The notes beneath the pieces are model-generated. The model was not told the DNA's origin, made no database searches, and worked only from the letters and a program-made list of their open reading frames with translations. A program made the position numbers and the translations under genes. Below, one piece after another: positions 51,634-62,868 of a stretch of DNA of 64,000 bases. This DNA comes from Marsupella aquatica (lineage: Eukaryota > Plantae > Marchantiophyta): assembly GCA_973895155.1 (NCBI GenBank), contig OZ316893.1, positions 13,284,359 to 13,348,358 of the forward strand, written 5' to 3'. How positions within the stretch are numbered: position 1 is the first letter of the stretch; each line of letters begins with the position of its first letter.

Positions 51634-52325
51634 ATGCTTGGGAGGTGACGTGTGTTCGTGACGGGATTTCATGACGGTTTTTCCAGCGTTGAGTGTTGGT
51701 GGATTTTCCAGAGTTCCATCGCATGGAACTTGGAGTTTATGGGCTCAACGGATAGATCAGGGCAAGAGCTTTCTAACGGTGTGAAGAAATCGTTGAACGG
51801 AGCTCGTGGTGCAGAGAGATCTAAGTTTTCGTCGTTCTGGATTTTGTGAAGAAAGTTGGCAATCGACTCGGAGGGAGAAGCGTCAAGTGTTTTGACTCAA
51901 CGGAGAGATTGAGGCAAGACGATTGTTTTTGAGTCCGGGATTGGCTCTTTGATGCAAAGAGGAAGGCTAAGCAAAATCAATTACCTTGTTGGACTTGGTG
52001 ACGGCACCAAGTGCAATTGATCAACATTCGTTGTTGACAAGTGAGGTCGTAGCCATTGAAGTTGGCAATGCAGCGCACCAATCACATCGCAATTCCGACA
52101 ACGGGTTGTACTTGGTATTTCGGTTATTCCCTGAGGTGGTCAAAACGGGGGAGTTTCCCAAGGTTTTACCCACCTCGACCGAAATTTGAATAACTTTTCC
52201 GTCAAATTTCAATTTTGATTTTGGTTTTCAGTATTGGACTCCTAGCTTTGTGGGCTACGCGGCGGTGTTGAGTTTCGAGTTTTTTGAGAAGTTGTGAAAA
52301 ACAATATTTTTTGTGACTTTCTCAT

Positions 52326-53360
52326 ATGAGTGATTCGGAGGAGTTTTTCGAAGACGTGGAACTTGAAGCACGAGGATCACCGTGGAGGTTTCAGGGGCAG
52401 AGAGAGGAGCAGGAGGAAGAGCACGTGACACCGATACCATCACCGGTGCGGCGTGTGGTGGAGGAAGCAGTACTACTACCGGAGCTCACGGTAAAGAAGA
52501 AGATGGGGACTTTCAAGCTTGGGGGACCCAAGTATGAAGTGACAAAGTATGATGGGCGCTCTGACTACTTGCTATGGGAGAAGCAGGTGAAGGGAGTGCT
52601 TTATGCGTCAGGGATGGGCCAACTGCTGAGCCCTCGTGAAGACGATGTTGATGAGAAACAATGGGACCGCATGCAGGAGCAGGGAGTGTGGTGTGTTACA
52701 CTCTATCTCATGCCTCCCATCATCAAGCAGTTAGGTGCACATAAGGATTGCATGTCCTTGTTTGCGGAATTGCAGAGCAAGTATCACCGCAAGGAGTTGT
52801 CGAACCGGCTCTACACTTCCTACAAACTGATGAGTTTCAGGATGAAGGAATCTGGTACGAAGTTGCAAGACCATGTGGATGCTTTCAACGACATGGTCGT
52901 TGACTTGGAAAACCTTGGGGAGACTTTGAATGATGAGACGAAGGCTCTGCAGCTTCTTAGTTCATTGCCTCCATCTTACCAGTCCCTATCACGAGTGTTG
53001 TTGCATCGTGATAGGGATACCATTTCATACAATGACGTGGTAAGTTCTCTGCTTAGTGATGATCTTCAGCAGAAGATGCACATCACGTCACAGCCTTCAT
53101 CATCTGGTGCTGCCCTCAATGTTAACCGTGGGAGGAGTATGCAGCGACCAACTGGGGACCGTAGAACCCAGTTTAGATCTAAATCCAGATCTAAGTCCAA
53201 GGGTAAATCCCCTCAGAGGAGGCAGGTGACATGTTGGAAGTGCAACCAAGTTGGACACTTCAAGCGAGACTGTAAGGGAAAGGCAGCGGAAACTTCATCG
53301 GCAAATGTGGCTAGGGCTGATGGAGAAGCTGATTTACTCAATGATGAGTATGTTTTATGA
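52326..53360 (+). CDS. gag: Copia Gag (capsid + CCHC zinc knuckle), 344 aa
   Basis: KYDGRSDYLLW, LLSSLPPSY, CWKCNQVGHFKRDC; ends in TGA at 53358-53360. Confidence 0.93.
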   Translation: MSDSEEFFEDVELEARGSPWRFQGQREEQEEEHVTPIPSPVRRVVEEAVLLPELTVKKKMGTFKLGGPKYEVTKYDGRSDYLLWEKQVKGVLYASGMGQLLSPREDDVDEKQWDRMQEQGVWCVTLYLMPPIIKQLGAHKDCMSLFAELQSKYHRKELSNRLYTSYKLMSFRMKESGTKLQDHVDAFNDMVVDLENLGETLNDETKALQLLSSLPPSYQSLSRVLLHRDRDTISYNDVVSSLLSDDLQQKMHITSQPSSSGAALNVNRGRSMQRPTGDRRTQFRSKSRSKSKGKSPQRRQVTCWKCNQVGHFKRDCKGKAAETSSANVARADGEADLLNDEYVL

Positions 53361-56300
53361 AGCCGGGGGTATGCCCTGTGCACGTCATCTAGGAGAGCAG
53401 ATGATGTGTGGATTCTTGATTGTGCTTGCTCTTTTCATATTTGTTACATTCGTGAGTTTTTCAGTTCTTACTCTGTTTCAAACGGTTCAGTTCTGATGGG
53501 AAATGATCACTCCTGTCAAATTGAGGGAATTGGGTCTGTGAAGATTCAAATGTTTGATGGCGCTGTGCGCATAGTGTCCGGAGTCAGGTATGTACCTGGC
53601 ATGCGTAAGAATCTGATTTCACTCGGTGTGTTGGATTCAAATGGTCATCAATGGAGCGTTATTGATGGTGAACTTCAAGTCAGGTCGGGAGAGATAGTGA
53701 TTTTGAAAGGGAGTAGACAAAAGAATTTGTATGTGTTACAGGGCAATACTGTATGTGGAGAGGCCAATGTAACCAAGTCTCACGAGGAGATGACTCAACT
53801 GTGGCATTCACGGCTAGGCCACATGAGTGAGAAGGGTTTGGCTATCTTACGGAAGAATGGACTCATTTCTGATTTGCAATCTTGTAAATTAGAGTTTTGT
53901 GAGCATTGCATTCTTGGAAAGCAGCATCGTCGTGCTTTTGGTGTTGGAACTCATCGTTCCAAAGCGGTTCTTGAGTACATACATAGTGACGTGTGGGGTC
54001 CATCCCCGACTCCCTCACACTCTGGAAAGTTGTACTATGTATCATTTATTGATGATTACTCAAGATTTGTGTGGATTTATTTCATGACGCATAAGTCTGA
54101 TGTCTTGTCCATTTTTAAGAAGTGGAAGGCCCAGGTGGAGAATCAGACTGGAAACACGATCAAGTGTTTGGATACAAGGGTGAAGAGTCTGAGGTCAGAC
54201 AACGGCGGGGAGTACACTTCAATGGAATTTGAAGAGTACTGTTCAGAACAGGGGATAACTCGCCATCTCACCACAGTTTATACTCCGCAGCAGAATGGTG
54301 TCGCTGAGAGGCTCAATCGGACACTGTTGGAGCGGTCACGGAGTATGTTGAGCCAATCAAGTTTACCACAAGAATTTTGGGCAGAAGCTGTCAATACCGC
54401 AGCTTATTTGGTAAATCTTTCTCCTTCTAGTGCTATCAATTTCAAAACGCCGTTTGAGATGCGCTATAAGCGGCAAGCAGACTATCATGGCTTGGTAATT
54501 TTTGGAAGTGATGCATATGCTCTCACACCAAAGCAGAATAGGACCAAGTTGGATCCTACCTCCAGGAAATGTGTTTTTCTTGGGTACCAGAGTGGTGTGA
54601 AAACCTATAGGCTATGGGATCCTATTGCCTGTAAGCTCGTTGTCAGTAGGGATGTTTCCTTCAATGAATCCAGATTATTGAAGGAGGGGGCGAATACTCA
54701 GGTCTCCCGTACTGACAAAGGAAAATCTCCTATCCCGGATCTCGTTGAGGGGGAGATTGGTTATGAGGTGCATGACCGGAGAGAAGGAGTTGCTCCAATT
54801 ATGGAGCTGGTTCCTGTGCCAGAGGAACCAGAGGAGTTTGTTGATGCTGGTGAGCAACAAGTGGATGCTGTTGAGCTTCAAATTGTACCAGCACACGCAG
54901 ATCAACCGGAGTCATCGGCTAGAAGAACATCTGGTCGCACTGTACGCGCTCCATCAAGGTATGGACAGTGGGTTGATTCATCTCAACTGCAAGAGGATGA
55001 TTTTACAGCTGATGATGAGGGTGATGCGTTAATTTTGGAAGAAGGAGAACCTTCTTCATTTCATGAGGCAAGTGCTTCAAAAGAGAAGCAGAAGTGGACT
55101 GCAGCAATGCAAACGGAGATGCAGTCACTAAAGGACAACAAAACTTGGGAGCTTGTTAAGCTGCCTAAGGGTCAGCAAGTGGTGGACAGCAAGTGGATTT
55201 ACAAGCTGAAGGATAATTCCATAGGAGGTGGATCGAAGGTCTACAAGGCTAGATTGGTAGCAAAGGGATTCACACAAGAGAAAGGTGTGGATTACAATGA
55301 GGTCTTCTCACCAGTTGCTAAGTACTCTACAATACGACTATTGTGTGTACTTGTTGTAATGTTTGGTCTGCTCCTAGATCAGATGGATGTTGTCATAGCT
55401 TTCCTCTATGGCACATTGGAAGAGGTGATCTTCATGAGACAACCGCTAGGTTTTGTGAAGAGAGGACAGGAGGAATTGGTTTGCAGATTGCTGAAATCCT
55501 TGTATGGGTTGAAGCAGTCACCAAGACAGTGGAACAAGCGGTTTGACGATTGGATTCGGTCACAAGGTTTTCACAGAAGTGTATTTGACCCTTGTGTGTA
55601 TTTGAAACCGGTGAAGAATGTTGTCTTTGGGTTCATTGTTTTAGTACTTTATGTGGATGACATGCTAATTGCAGCCAAGGATAGGTCTGAGATTGTTAAG
55701 CTCAAGGCACTGCTTAGTGCAGAGTTTAAGATGAAGGACTTAGGGCCAGCTAAGAGGATTTTGGGTATGGAGATCACTAGGGACTTGGAGGCTGGCAAGC
55801 TATGGTTGACGCAAAGCAGTTATGCGAGGAAGGTAATTGCAAGGTTCAACATGGAGAATAGCAAGCCAGTAAGTACCCCGTTGGCTCCACACTTCAAGTT
55901 ATCATCAGCGTTCTGTCCTACGGATGACACAGAGAAGGGGTTGATGTCAAAGGTTCCATATGACAAGGCAGTGGGGAGTCTCATGTATTTGATGACTTGC
56001 ACTAGACCTGATCTTGCCATGGCTATGGGCAAGGTGAGCAGGTACATGTCGAATCCAGGGAAGGTACACTGGGAAGCAGTGAAGTGGATTATCAGGTACT
56101 TGAAGGGTACCGTGGATCATGGTCTTTTATTTGATGCGAATGCAAAGAATGCTAGATCATTGATTGGCTATGTAGATTCTGACTATGGACAAGATTTGGA
56201 CCGAAGGAGATCAACAACAGGATACGTGTTCACACTTGGCGGTGGATGCATAAGTTGGAGGTCTACTTTGCAGAAGTGTATTGCTCAGTCTACTACAGAA

Positions 56301-56633
56301 GCGGAGTATGTTGCAGCTGCGGAAGCAGCAAAGGAAGCGATTTGGTTGGATAGACTTATCACTGAAATGGGATTGCCACAGGGGAATGTGAAGCTCCATT
56401 GTGATAGTCAAAGTGCGCTCCACCTTGCTGTGAACCAGGTGATGGACAGCAGAGTGAAGCACATTGACGTCAGGTACCATTTTATCAGGCAGGCTGTGTC
56501 TGATAATTTGTTTGAGCTAGTCAAGATTGATGGTAAACTCAACCCGGCTGACGCATTTACCAAAGTGATTCCTTTGGAGAGTTTCTCTAGACACCGTGAC
56601 GTATTGCAGGTTTTGCAATTGCATCACAAGTAG
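53361..56633 (+). CDS. pol: Copia Pol (protease, integrase, reverse transcriptase, RNase H); open from the codon right after the gag stop, same frame
   Basis: WILDCACSFH (PR); WHSRLGH..CEHC, HSDVWG, RSDNGGEY, GVAER (IN); YKARLVAKG, LYVDDML (RT); YVDSDY, TEAEY, CDSQSA, ADAFTK (RH). No ATG upstream of the protease motif. Confidence 0.95.
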   Translation, partial: SRGYALCTSSRRADDVWILDCACSFHICYIREFFSSYSVSNGSVLMGNDHSCQIEGIGSVKIQMFDGAVRIVSGVRYVPGMRKNLISLGVLDSNGHQWSVIDGELQVRSGEIVILKGSRQKNLYVLQGNTVCGEANVTKSHEEMTQLWHSRLGHMSEKGLAILRKNGLISDLQSCKLEFCEHCILGKQHRRAFGVGTHRSKAVLEYIHSDVWGPSPTPSHSGKLYYVSFIDDYSRFVWIYFMTHKSDVLSIFKKWKAQVENQTGNTIKCLDTRVKSLRSDNGGEYTSMEFEEYCSEQGITRHLTTVYTPQQNGVAERLNRTLLERSRSMLSQSSLPQEFWAEAVNTAAYLVNLSPSSAINFKTPFEMRYKRQADYHGLVIFGSDAYALTPKQNRTKLDPTSRKCVFLGYQSGVKTYRLWDPIACKLVVSRDVSFNESRLLKEGANTQVSRTDKGKSPIPDLVEGEIGYEVHDRREGVAPIMELVPVPEEPEEFVDAGEQQVDAVELQIVPAHADQPESSARRTSGRTVRAPSRYGQWVDSSQLQEDDFTADDEGDALILEEGEPSSFHEASASKEKQKWTAAMQTEMQSLKDNKTWELVKLPKGQQVVDSKWIYKLKDNSIGGGSKVYKARLVAKGFTQEKGVDYNEVFSPVAKYSTIRLLCVLVVMFGLLLDQMDVVIAFLYGTLEEVIFMRQPLGFVKRGQEELVCRLLKSLYGLKQSPRQWNKRFDDWIRSQGFHRSVFDPCVYLKPVKNVVFGFIVLVLYVDDMLIAAKDRSEIVKLKALLSAEFKMKDLGPAKRILGMEITRDLEAGKLWLTQSSYARKVIARFNMENSKPVSTPLAPHFKLSSAFCPTDDTEKGLMSKVPYDKAVGSLMYLMTCTRPDLAMAMGKVSRYMSNPGKVHWEAVKWIIRYLKGTVDHGLLFDANAKNARSLIGYVDSDYGQDLDRRRSTTGYVFTLGGGCISWRSTLQKCIAQSTTEAEYVAAAEAAKEAIWLDRLITEMGLPQGNVKLHCDSQSALHLAVNQVMDSRVKHIDVRYHFIRQAVSDNLFELVKIDGKLNPADAFTKVIPLESFSRHRDVLQVLQLHHK

Positions 56634-56813
56634 AGTTTTCTTAAACATTCATTGTAATTACTGATATATGCTCTTCCTCATTCCTATGTATTAGGCTACG
56701 GCTTAGTTCTGGTTTGCTCTAGTTAGAGAGGGAAACCGGTTTGGTTTCTGTCCAGAACTTCCCGCTGAGGGATCATATACATTGGCAGTATTACTCTCCC
56801 CTAGACCAGAGTC

Positions 56814-56823
56814 AAGGGGAAGA
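56814..56823 (+). other. Polypurine tract
   Basis: AAGGGGAAGA just before the 3' LTR. Confidence 0.85.
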
Positions 56824-56824
56824 T

Positions 56825-57281
56825 TGTTGGGTATTTACTCTTACGTCTAGGTTAGGTATGACGTGGTTGGTACAACAACGTGGGTTGGTACAACTACGTG
56901 GTTAGGTACAACTACGTGATTAGGTACAACTATGTGGTTAGGTACAACTACGTGATTAGGTACAACTATGTGGTTAGGTACAACTACGTGATTAGGTACA
57001 ACTATGTGGTTAGGTACAACTAAGTTGCACACTATATCATAAGAGGCATGTGTGCTTGGAGAGGTAGAACCAAGGCTCATTGTTATGGAGCCACTTGAGA
57101 GATAGGGAAAGCTTACACTGTGGAGACTCGGTATAGCCGACGGGCTTAGAGTTCAGTAAAGCTCTCTTGTGTGTTCCCGTGGACGTAGCCTCAAGGAGGT
57201 GAACCACGTATCTCTTGTGTCGACTATTGTGCGTTGGATGGTTCATGGGCTTGCCGTTGCGATCGTCGTCTATGCTCAACA
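56825..57281 (+). repeat. 3' LTR (457 bp)
   Basis: Same length and sequence as 51163-51619. Confidence 0.97.
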
Positions 57282-60274
57282 GTCATCTGTCGTAGGCCCC
57301 TTGCAAATCCTTTTTTTCTGCTGATGTGTGCATGCTTTTTTGTCAAAAACTTAGAGGTGGCAAAAAAACTGGAACAAACCGCCACTTCTTCTCAGGGAAT
57401 CGCCCCATTTACTACTTCCACACCCAACACATTTTGGCTCAGGCATTTTAACTTTTGTGTATGGAAGTGACCATCAGCTTTGATTTGGGTGGAGAGACAC
57501 TGAAAGGGAAGTCTCTAAGCGGATTGTAGCCTGAGTGGGATACTCACTCACACATCAAGCAAAACCTGCTTGTGCAAAAGCCTTTAGGTAGGTAATAGTG
57601 ATTTTGTCAATCTAATTATCGGTTGTGCAATATAACCTATGAGATTCATTTTAGCACTGCAGTGAGGTAAAACAAATTTGAGCTTTTCTTTCTCTATGTC
57701 CAATCACCCCCTCTAACATGAGTGATATATTTATTTTCATATTTGGAAAATAATGTACCTTCACTGGAAACCAAAGCCCAGATGGTCTGAGACATTGTCC
57801 CTGCCCATCCCCACAGACTGTGTAAACTTATCAACCAGTTTACACCAAAAAGTTGGAAAAGTGACTGGTTTACATTTGGAAGGATGCATACCAATTGTAA
57901 ACTTTTGATTTATATGGACAGCTTTTGGATCTCCATTTCAGTTCAACTTTTGGCAGCATGTTCTGTTCCCATATATTAGCTGACAAAGTTTGAGATCTAT
58001 CTAAGATCATTTATTTGACTGTCAAATACTATAATCAACTGAAAATGGATGCTTTAGGAAATGGATACTTTGGGGCATGAACAGAAAATTATCACTTTGG
58101 AGAAGGACACTACACTTTTTTAGACATCTTGACTAGTTTGGGCACAAGCATCAACTTATTACTGGGTAAACTAACTGACACATGCTACAAACGGTCAAAC
58201 AACCATTTATGGGTTGTCAAAACCAGAAAAGGTGCTACCCAAGAATTTGCTTTTAGATGTTCTGGAAAATTCCATCTCATATATGCCAGTCCATCTGGGC
58301 TTCACAGCCAACCTACCAGTCCATCCTAGCTCAATTTTCACCTTCAGGGCCATTACAATTAAGCAAAAGAGCTTAAAAATGTGAAGACAGTATAGAAAAA
58401 TCTGGAAGAAACTGATTGATATGAAGACACCTGGATTGGGCACATACATAAAAGAAAAGGATTGGATGAACTTAATTAACAAGATAGCTCAGCCTAGCTA
58501 GATTGGGAATGTAGACATGAAAAATGATTGGACAAAGCTAAATTAACGAGGTGCCTTAAAGTAGTGATTGGATGCATTGCACAACAATGCAAATTTTAAA
58601 GCCTAAATTGCATGTGAAAATTTATGTTTCACAACAAAATCTATTCCTTTTTGTTCCCACCCTCTCTGAAAGTCCTGATGAGGGATTCATTTTTCTTATT
58701 TTATCAACCAAAGTTTGGGATACTATCCAAATTAAATCCAAAGGAAGGCCTCATTCAGCAAAGATCCTAGACATTCAACCCATACAAGCACTTTCTACTA
58801 GAGCAACAAGTCTCGCCTGCTTCAGGCCTATTCTACTGGGACGAATCCAAGTATAGAAACAAAACTTCTACTTTTTGCTCAGTAAATAGTGAAGATAATG
58901 ATTCAATTTCACTAGAGGATTTTCAAGATTGGACTTGAGCACATCAATCCCACGGCCGCAGTGGTTGCGCACATGTACATTGCTATATATTGAACAAATG
59001 GATCATTTAAGTTCACTCTTGAGGCAGGGCTCAACTGGGGTGTTGGCATGCCTGATTACTTTGCTCAAGCTTCAAACAACAGGGTGGTTTTGCATGCACA
59101 GTTATAATGCTCTAGGACCATAGTGGAGGGTCCCAAATGGACACAATATTTTAGGCTCAACGGGCATTCCATGCCAAGTGTGTATAAAAACTAACAGATG
59201 AGGGCCTAGAGAGGCATGACTTTGTGGTAGCTCACTTGAGTAGAGACTGATAGGTCTTGGGTTCAACTGTTGTGGCTGACACTTCCCAACTATTGTGGCT
59301 GATTCTTCCCTTTATGTGGGGTTTCACAGATTTCCCCTAAAACAAAAACAAAAAAACAAAAAAAAATATTTGAACCCCCTTGGAGGCACAATGCCTTTTA
59401 CACAAACCCCACCCAAAAGTGAGTTTCAGTTGAAGCTCTTCACACTTAGATGAAACAATAAATGTTACTGAATGCGGGCAGCAAAGGCAGTGGACAGTCC
59501 AATTCCATAAATGACTTTCCAGGGACTCATCTGGCTGAGTGTAAAAAGTGCCAAACCAAGTAGGATGGAGTACTAGTAAAAGAGGTACACATTAGACAAA
59601 CACAAAAGGAAAGGGCAAATGCAAACCCCAACAAGGCAACAAACACTATAACCAAATAAGTAAGCTAACCCCAAAAAGGTAGGAAGGAAGAGCCTTTAAC
59701 CTACTATTGATGGAAATGTTATGTCCCATTTAAAAAGGCCCTTTAATTAAGTCCTCTAGATTTGAAGCTACTTTGTGGACCACAAGCTTGGCAATTGGCA
59801 TGGCCACCAACGACATTTTTAAGCTACAAGATAGTTTCAAGATAATTAGGATGGCTATACAAGATGTAGCTGCTATTGTTAATTTTATTCCCTCTCATAT
59901 CAAATCTGGATCTTATAATCACTGTAAACAGCTGCAATTGGCTTTATGCAAAGGGGGGCCCATTCAGGTATGGTGTCTTCCTACATGGCAAGCGGATGGC
60001 ACAAAGTAAATGTTGATGTGGGCTGGTTATTTTGTCTAAAATTTAGCTCCATAGGTGGTCCAAACATTTCCAAAACTTTGGATATTCCTTTCAAAGGATT
60101 GGCATTTATTGACGTTCATTTAGAAATGTTTTTGGTCTAGAGTATACGTTTAGAGAAAAAAGTCGTCCTCTACTCTTCTTCTGCAAAAAATAGTCACAAG
60201 CTCCCCCAATGTATTGTAGAGACATCTTAAGAATAGGTCAAATGTGCCCTTAATGTAGTGTAAAAGGATCCAAA

Positions 60275-60276
<2 letters not shown>

Positions 60277-60305
<29 letters not shown>
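60277..60305. repeat. (AC)n microsatellite
   Basis: About 14 AC units, seen directly. Confidence 0.95.
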
Positions 60306-60307
<2 letters not shown>

Positions 60308-62112
60308 TCAACAACAATAGGTGCAGGGCCATTTTGTGACGCCCTTGTGCATGGGCCTTTGGAGGAAAACGGAAAGCAGTGGCAATAAGACAGATTATGC
60401 AACAACAATTGTCCTCATGCCAAATTTTTTCAATGGAATTAATATGACACAATTGTCATGTTTTTCAGTATATGAAATAATGATGCAACACAGTTGTCAC
60501 ATGGGGTTTTTGTAATGGAATTATCTCATCCTTCAAGTGATTTGCGAGGCATATGTTCCGTAGGTTTTTGCTGCTTTCAACAACACTCATCCTTCTCGGA
60601 AAGAATCTGATGAGTTTGTGGTTTGCCAAAGTAACAGAAATGGAGAGCTCTATTTCTTTGTGAGTAGTACTATTGTTACCATGACTAGGCACACTAGCAG
60701 AGTTTCCCCTTCAGAACATCAAATCCTCCAATTGAGATATATAATCCATACTCTTTACTAACCTGTCAAGGAACAATTAAAGGAAGCAACTCACACTCAC
60801 AAATCTAGATCAAGGCATGGAAGGAGTCACTCCTGAATCAATAGATTCCAATACACTGCTGAGCTGTGTAATCAAATATAATACCAGGTCCACAATGGGC
60901 CACGACTAAACTTGGTTGAGATTTCTTATTTTGACACGGGGGCATTCTTTTCAAACACACTGCAGGTGGACATTAGATTCATTAAATGCCTAGGCATATA
61001 TTAGTTTTGGGCACGGAAACAGTAGGGAGGCTTTCCCCCTTTCAAAGGAAAACAAGCACAGTAGAGCCTAAAGTTTTTAGTATATGATGAGGCCAGGGCA
61101 CTACCGTAGTTGTGCCTTATAAGCCAGACCTCAAATTGGAATCCATGAGATTCAAGGACTATATGTAGCAAGAAATTTGGAGTGGAATAGGATAGGATGG
61201 TAGAGAGGGGAGCAATGGGCAGGGTAGTTTTGAGTATTTTTCTTCTTTTCCAGGGCGGTGAATGTCACCTCGGGTGAAGGAGAACATGCTAAGAATATTC
61301 CTTTTTCTAATTTCCCTATATTTATTTCATGCTCCCTAGATTTAAGGACAACCATCCGATTCTGGCCAATGGGGTCTATGGCTAGGCCAGAAAATGCCTA
61401 ATTAACGACAAAAAGACTGCCATTTTTTTGCCAAAATGGCAAAGACTTTTTAGTGAAATGGAATTTGGTGAATTTTTCCCACTGAAAAAACACTGGCCGT
61501 GGGGCTTGAAGAGCAGTTTCTAGTTTCCCCCTAAGTACTAAAGCTGCCAATAATAGCAAGCAATGCCGCACGACATGAACATGCCAGACAGACTAGATTC
61601 CTTTAGTCCTATTCGGAAAACAGAGGAATCGAGAGTTTAAAATGACGATTTTACTGCGACATTACATATTTGAGCTCATGCAATGTATTCTTAGTCAAGG
61701 TACATTGATTGAATGTCTTTATGGAAGGAACATGGTTGACAAAGCACGGTTTCCCGATCTTCCTATGAAATTGCTGCGGCATCAAGCTTGTCAATGGCGT
61801 AAAGGATACTCGGCAGGGCCCTTTGAGGATCAAGAAGGTCTATTCTCCTAACTAAAGACTCTAGAATCGAAGAAAACCACTGCCTGAGTTCTTCACGCAC
61901 CACTCCTGAGGGTAGATATTATCAGGCTCACAATCTTGGGTCAGCACACTTCTTGCACCGACCTGAAGATTCTCCCTGTGATATCCTGGAATGCTGACCT
62001 GTGCAAATTTCATGCTTGTCGACCGTTTCAGGTGCACGTAAATATTAAATCATGTGAAAAATGCTTTCACCAGAAAAATCGTCCACTACAAAATCTTCGT
62101 GATGTGTTGCAA

Positions 62113-62868
62113 CTAGAACACCTGCCTCACGTTTATATTGATCCGAGACCTTTCGATGTAGTCCAAGAAAGAGCCCGCAGTGACTTGATCAACATTGAGA
62201 TGAGTCGAAAAATCAGGTACTTCTGACTCGAAAATGCAAAGGAACACCTGAAAGTTTACCAAAAACGTTACTCTAGATTAATTCATTAAAGTCAAGAAAC
62301 CAACTTAGACAAAGCATTAATTAATGACAAAAGTGTATTGCAGGACTACAGGGTACTCGTCAGTTCTACTCGTGTTAAGGAAAATGAAGTGACTCATGGG
62401 CACTCCGCATCTCTAATTAAGTAAAATAGGTACAGGCTACTACTCGAAGTTTTGTTTGAGACTAGAGCTTCAACAAAGACTGAACGATGAACGAGATGGA
62501 TTTTCTAGTATTACCATGAAAACAACGCCTTGCGGGACCAGCCATGAGCACAACATCCCCACTACGGAGGAACATGGCGAGAGGAGCATCCTCCTTAGAC
62601 GTGCCTCCAAGTAAAAACACAGCTTTGCATCCTAAGCTGAAACGATTACAAAGAAATGGAGGGTTTGTTGAGTTAATCCAAATGTATAAAGTAAGAGGAC
62701 AGCTCCAACGATGGACAAAACAGACGCAACCAATCAGCCGCAAACACGGGCAAGCACGGATCAAGAATTACAGATAGTATAAAAGTTTGCTTCGGACCTG
62801 ATGCTAACAATAGGCTTGCGCCAGTCAGCTTCCATACATGTCATCTATATGGCCCCCTAGCATGTCAC
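62113..62868 (-). pseudogene. ALKBH1: Last three exons of an AlkB homolog 1-like 2OG-Fe(II) dioxygenase, with two frameshifts
   Basis: Exon 62868-62798 reads GDMLGGHIDDM[+4 nt]EADWRKPIVSIS. Exon 62636-62515 reads LGCKAVFLLGG...MFLRSGDVVLMAGPARRCFHG. Exon 62247-62113 reads VP[+1 nt]CIFE...LDYIERSRININVRQVF*. The HxD..H and RxxxxxR motifs are recognisable. Upstream exons were not found in the window. Confidence 0.85.

Larger units (their letters stand above)
51163..57281 (+). mobile_element. Full-length Ty1/copia LTR retrotransposon (6119 bp)
   Basis: TG...CA LTRs of 457 bp, TSD GTCAT (51158-51162 and 57282-57286), PBS, PPT, domain order gag-PR-IN-RT-RH. Confidence 0.98.
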
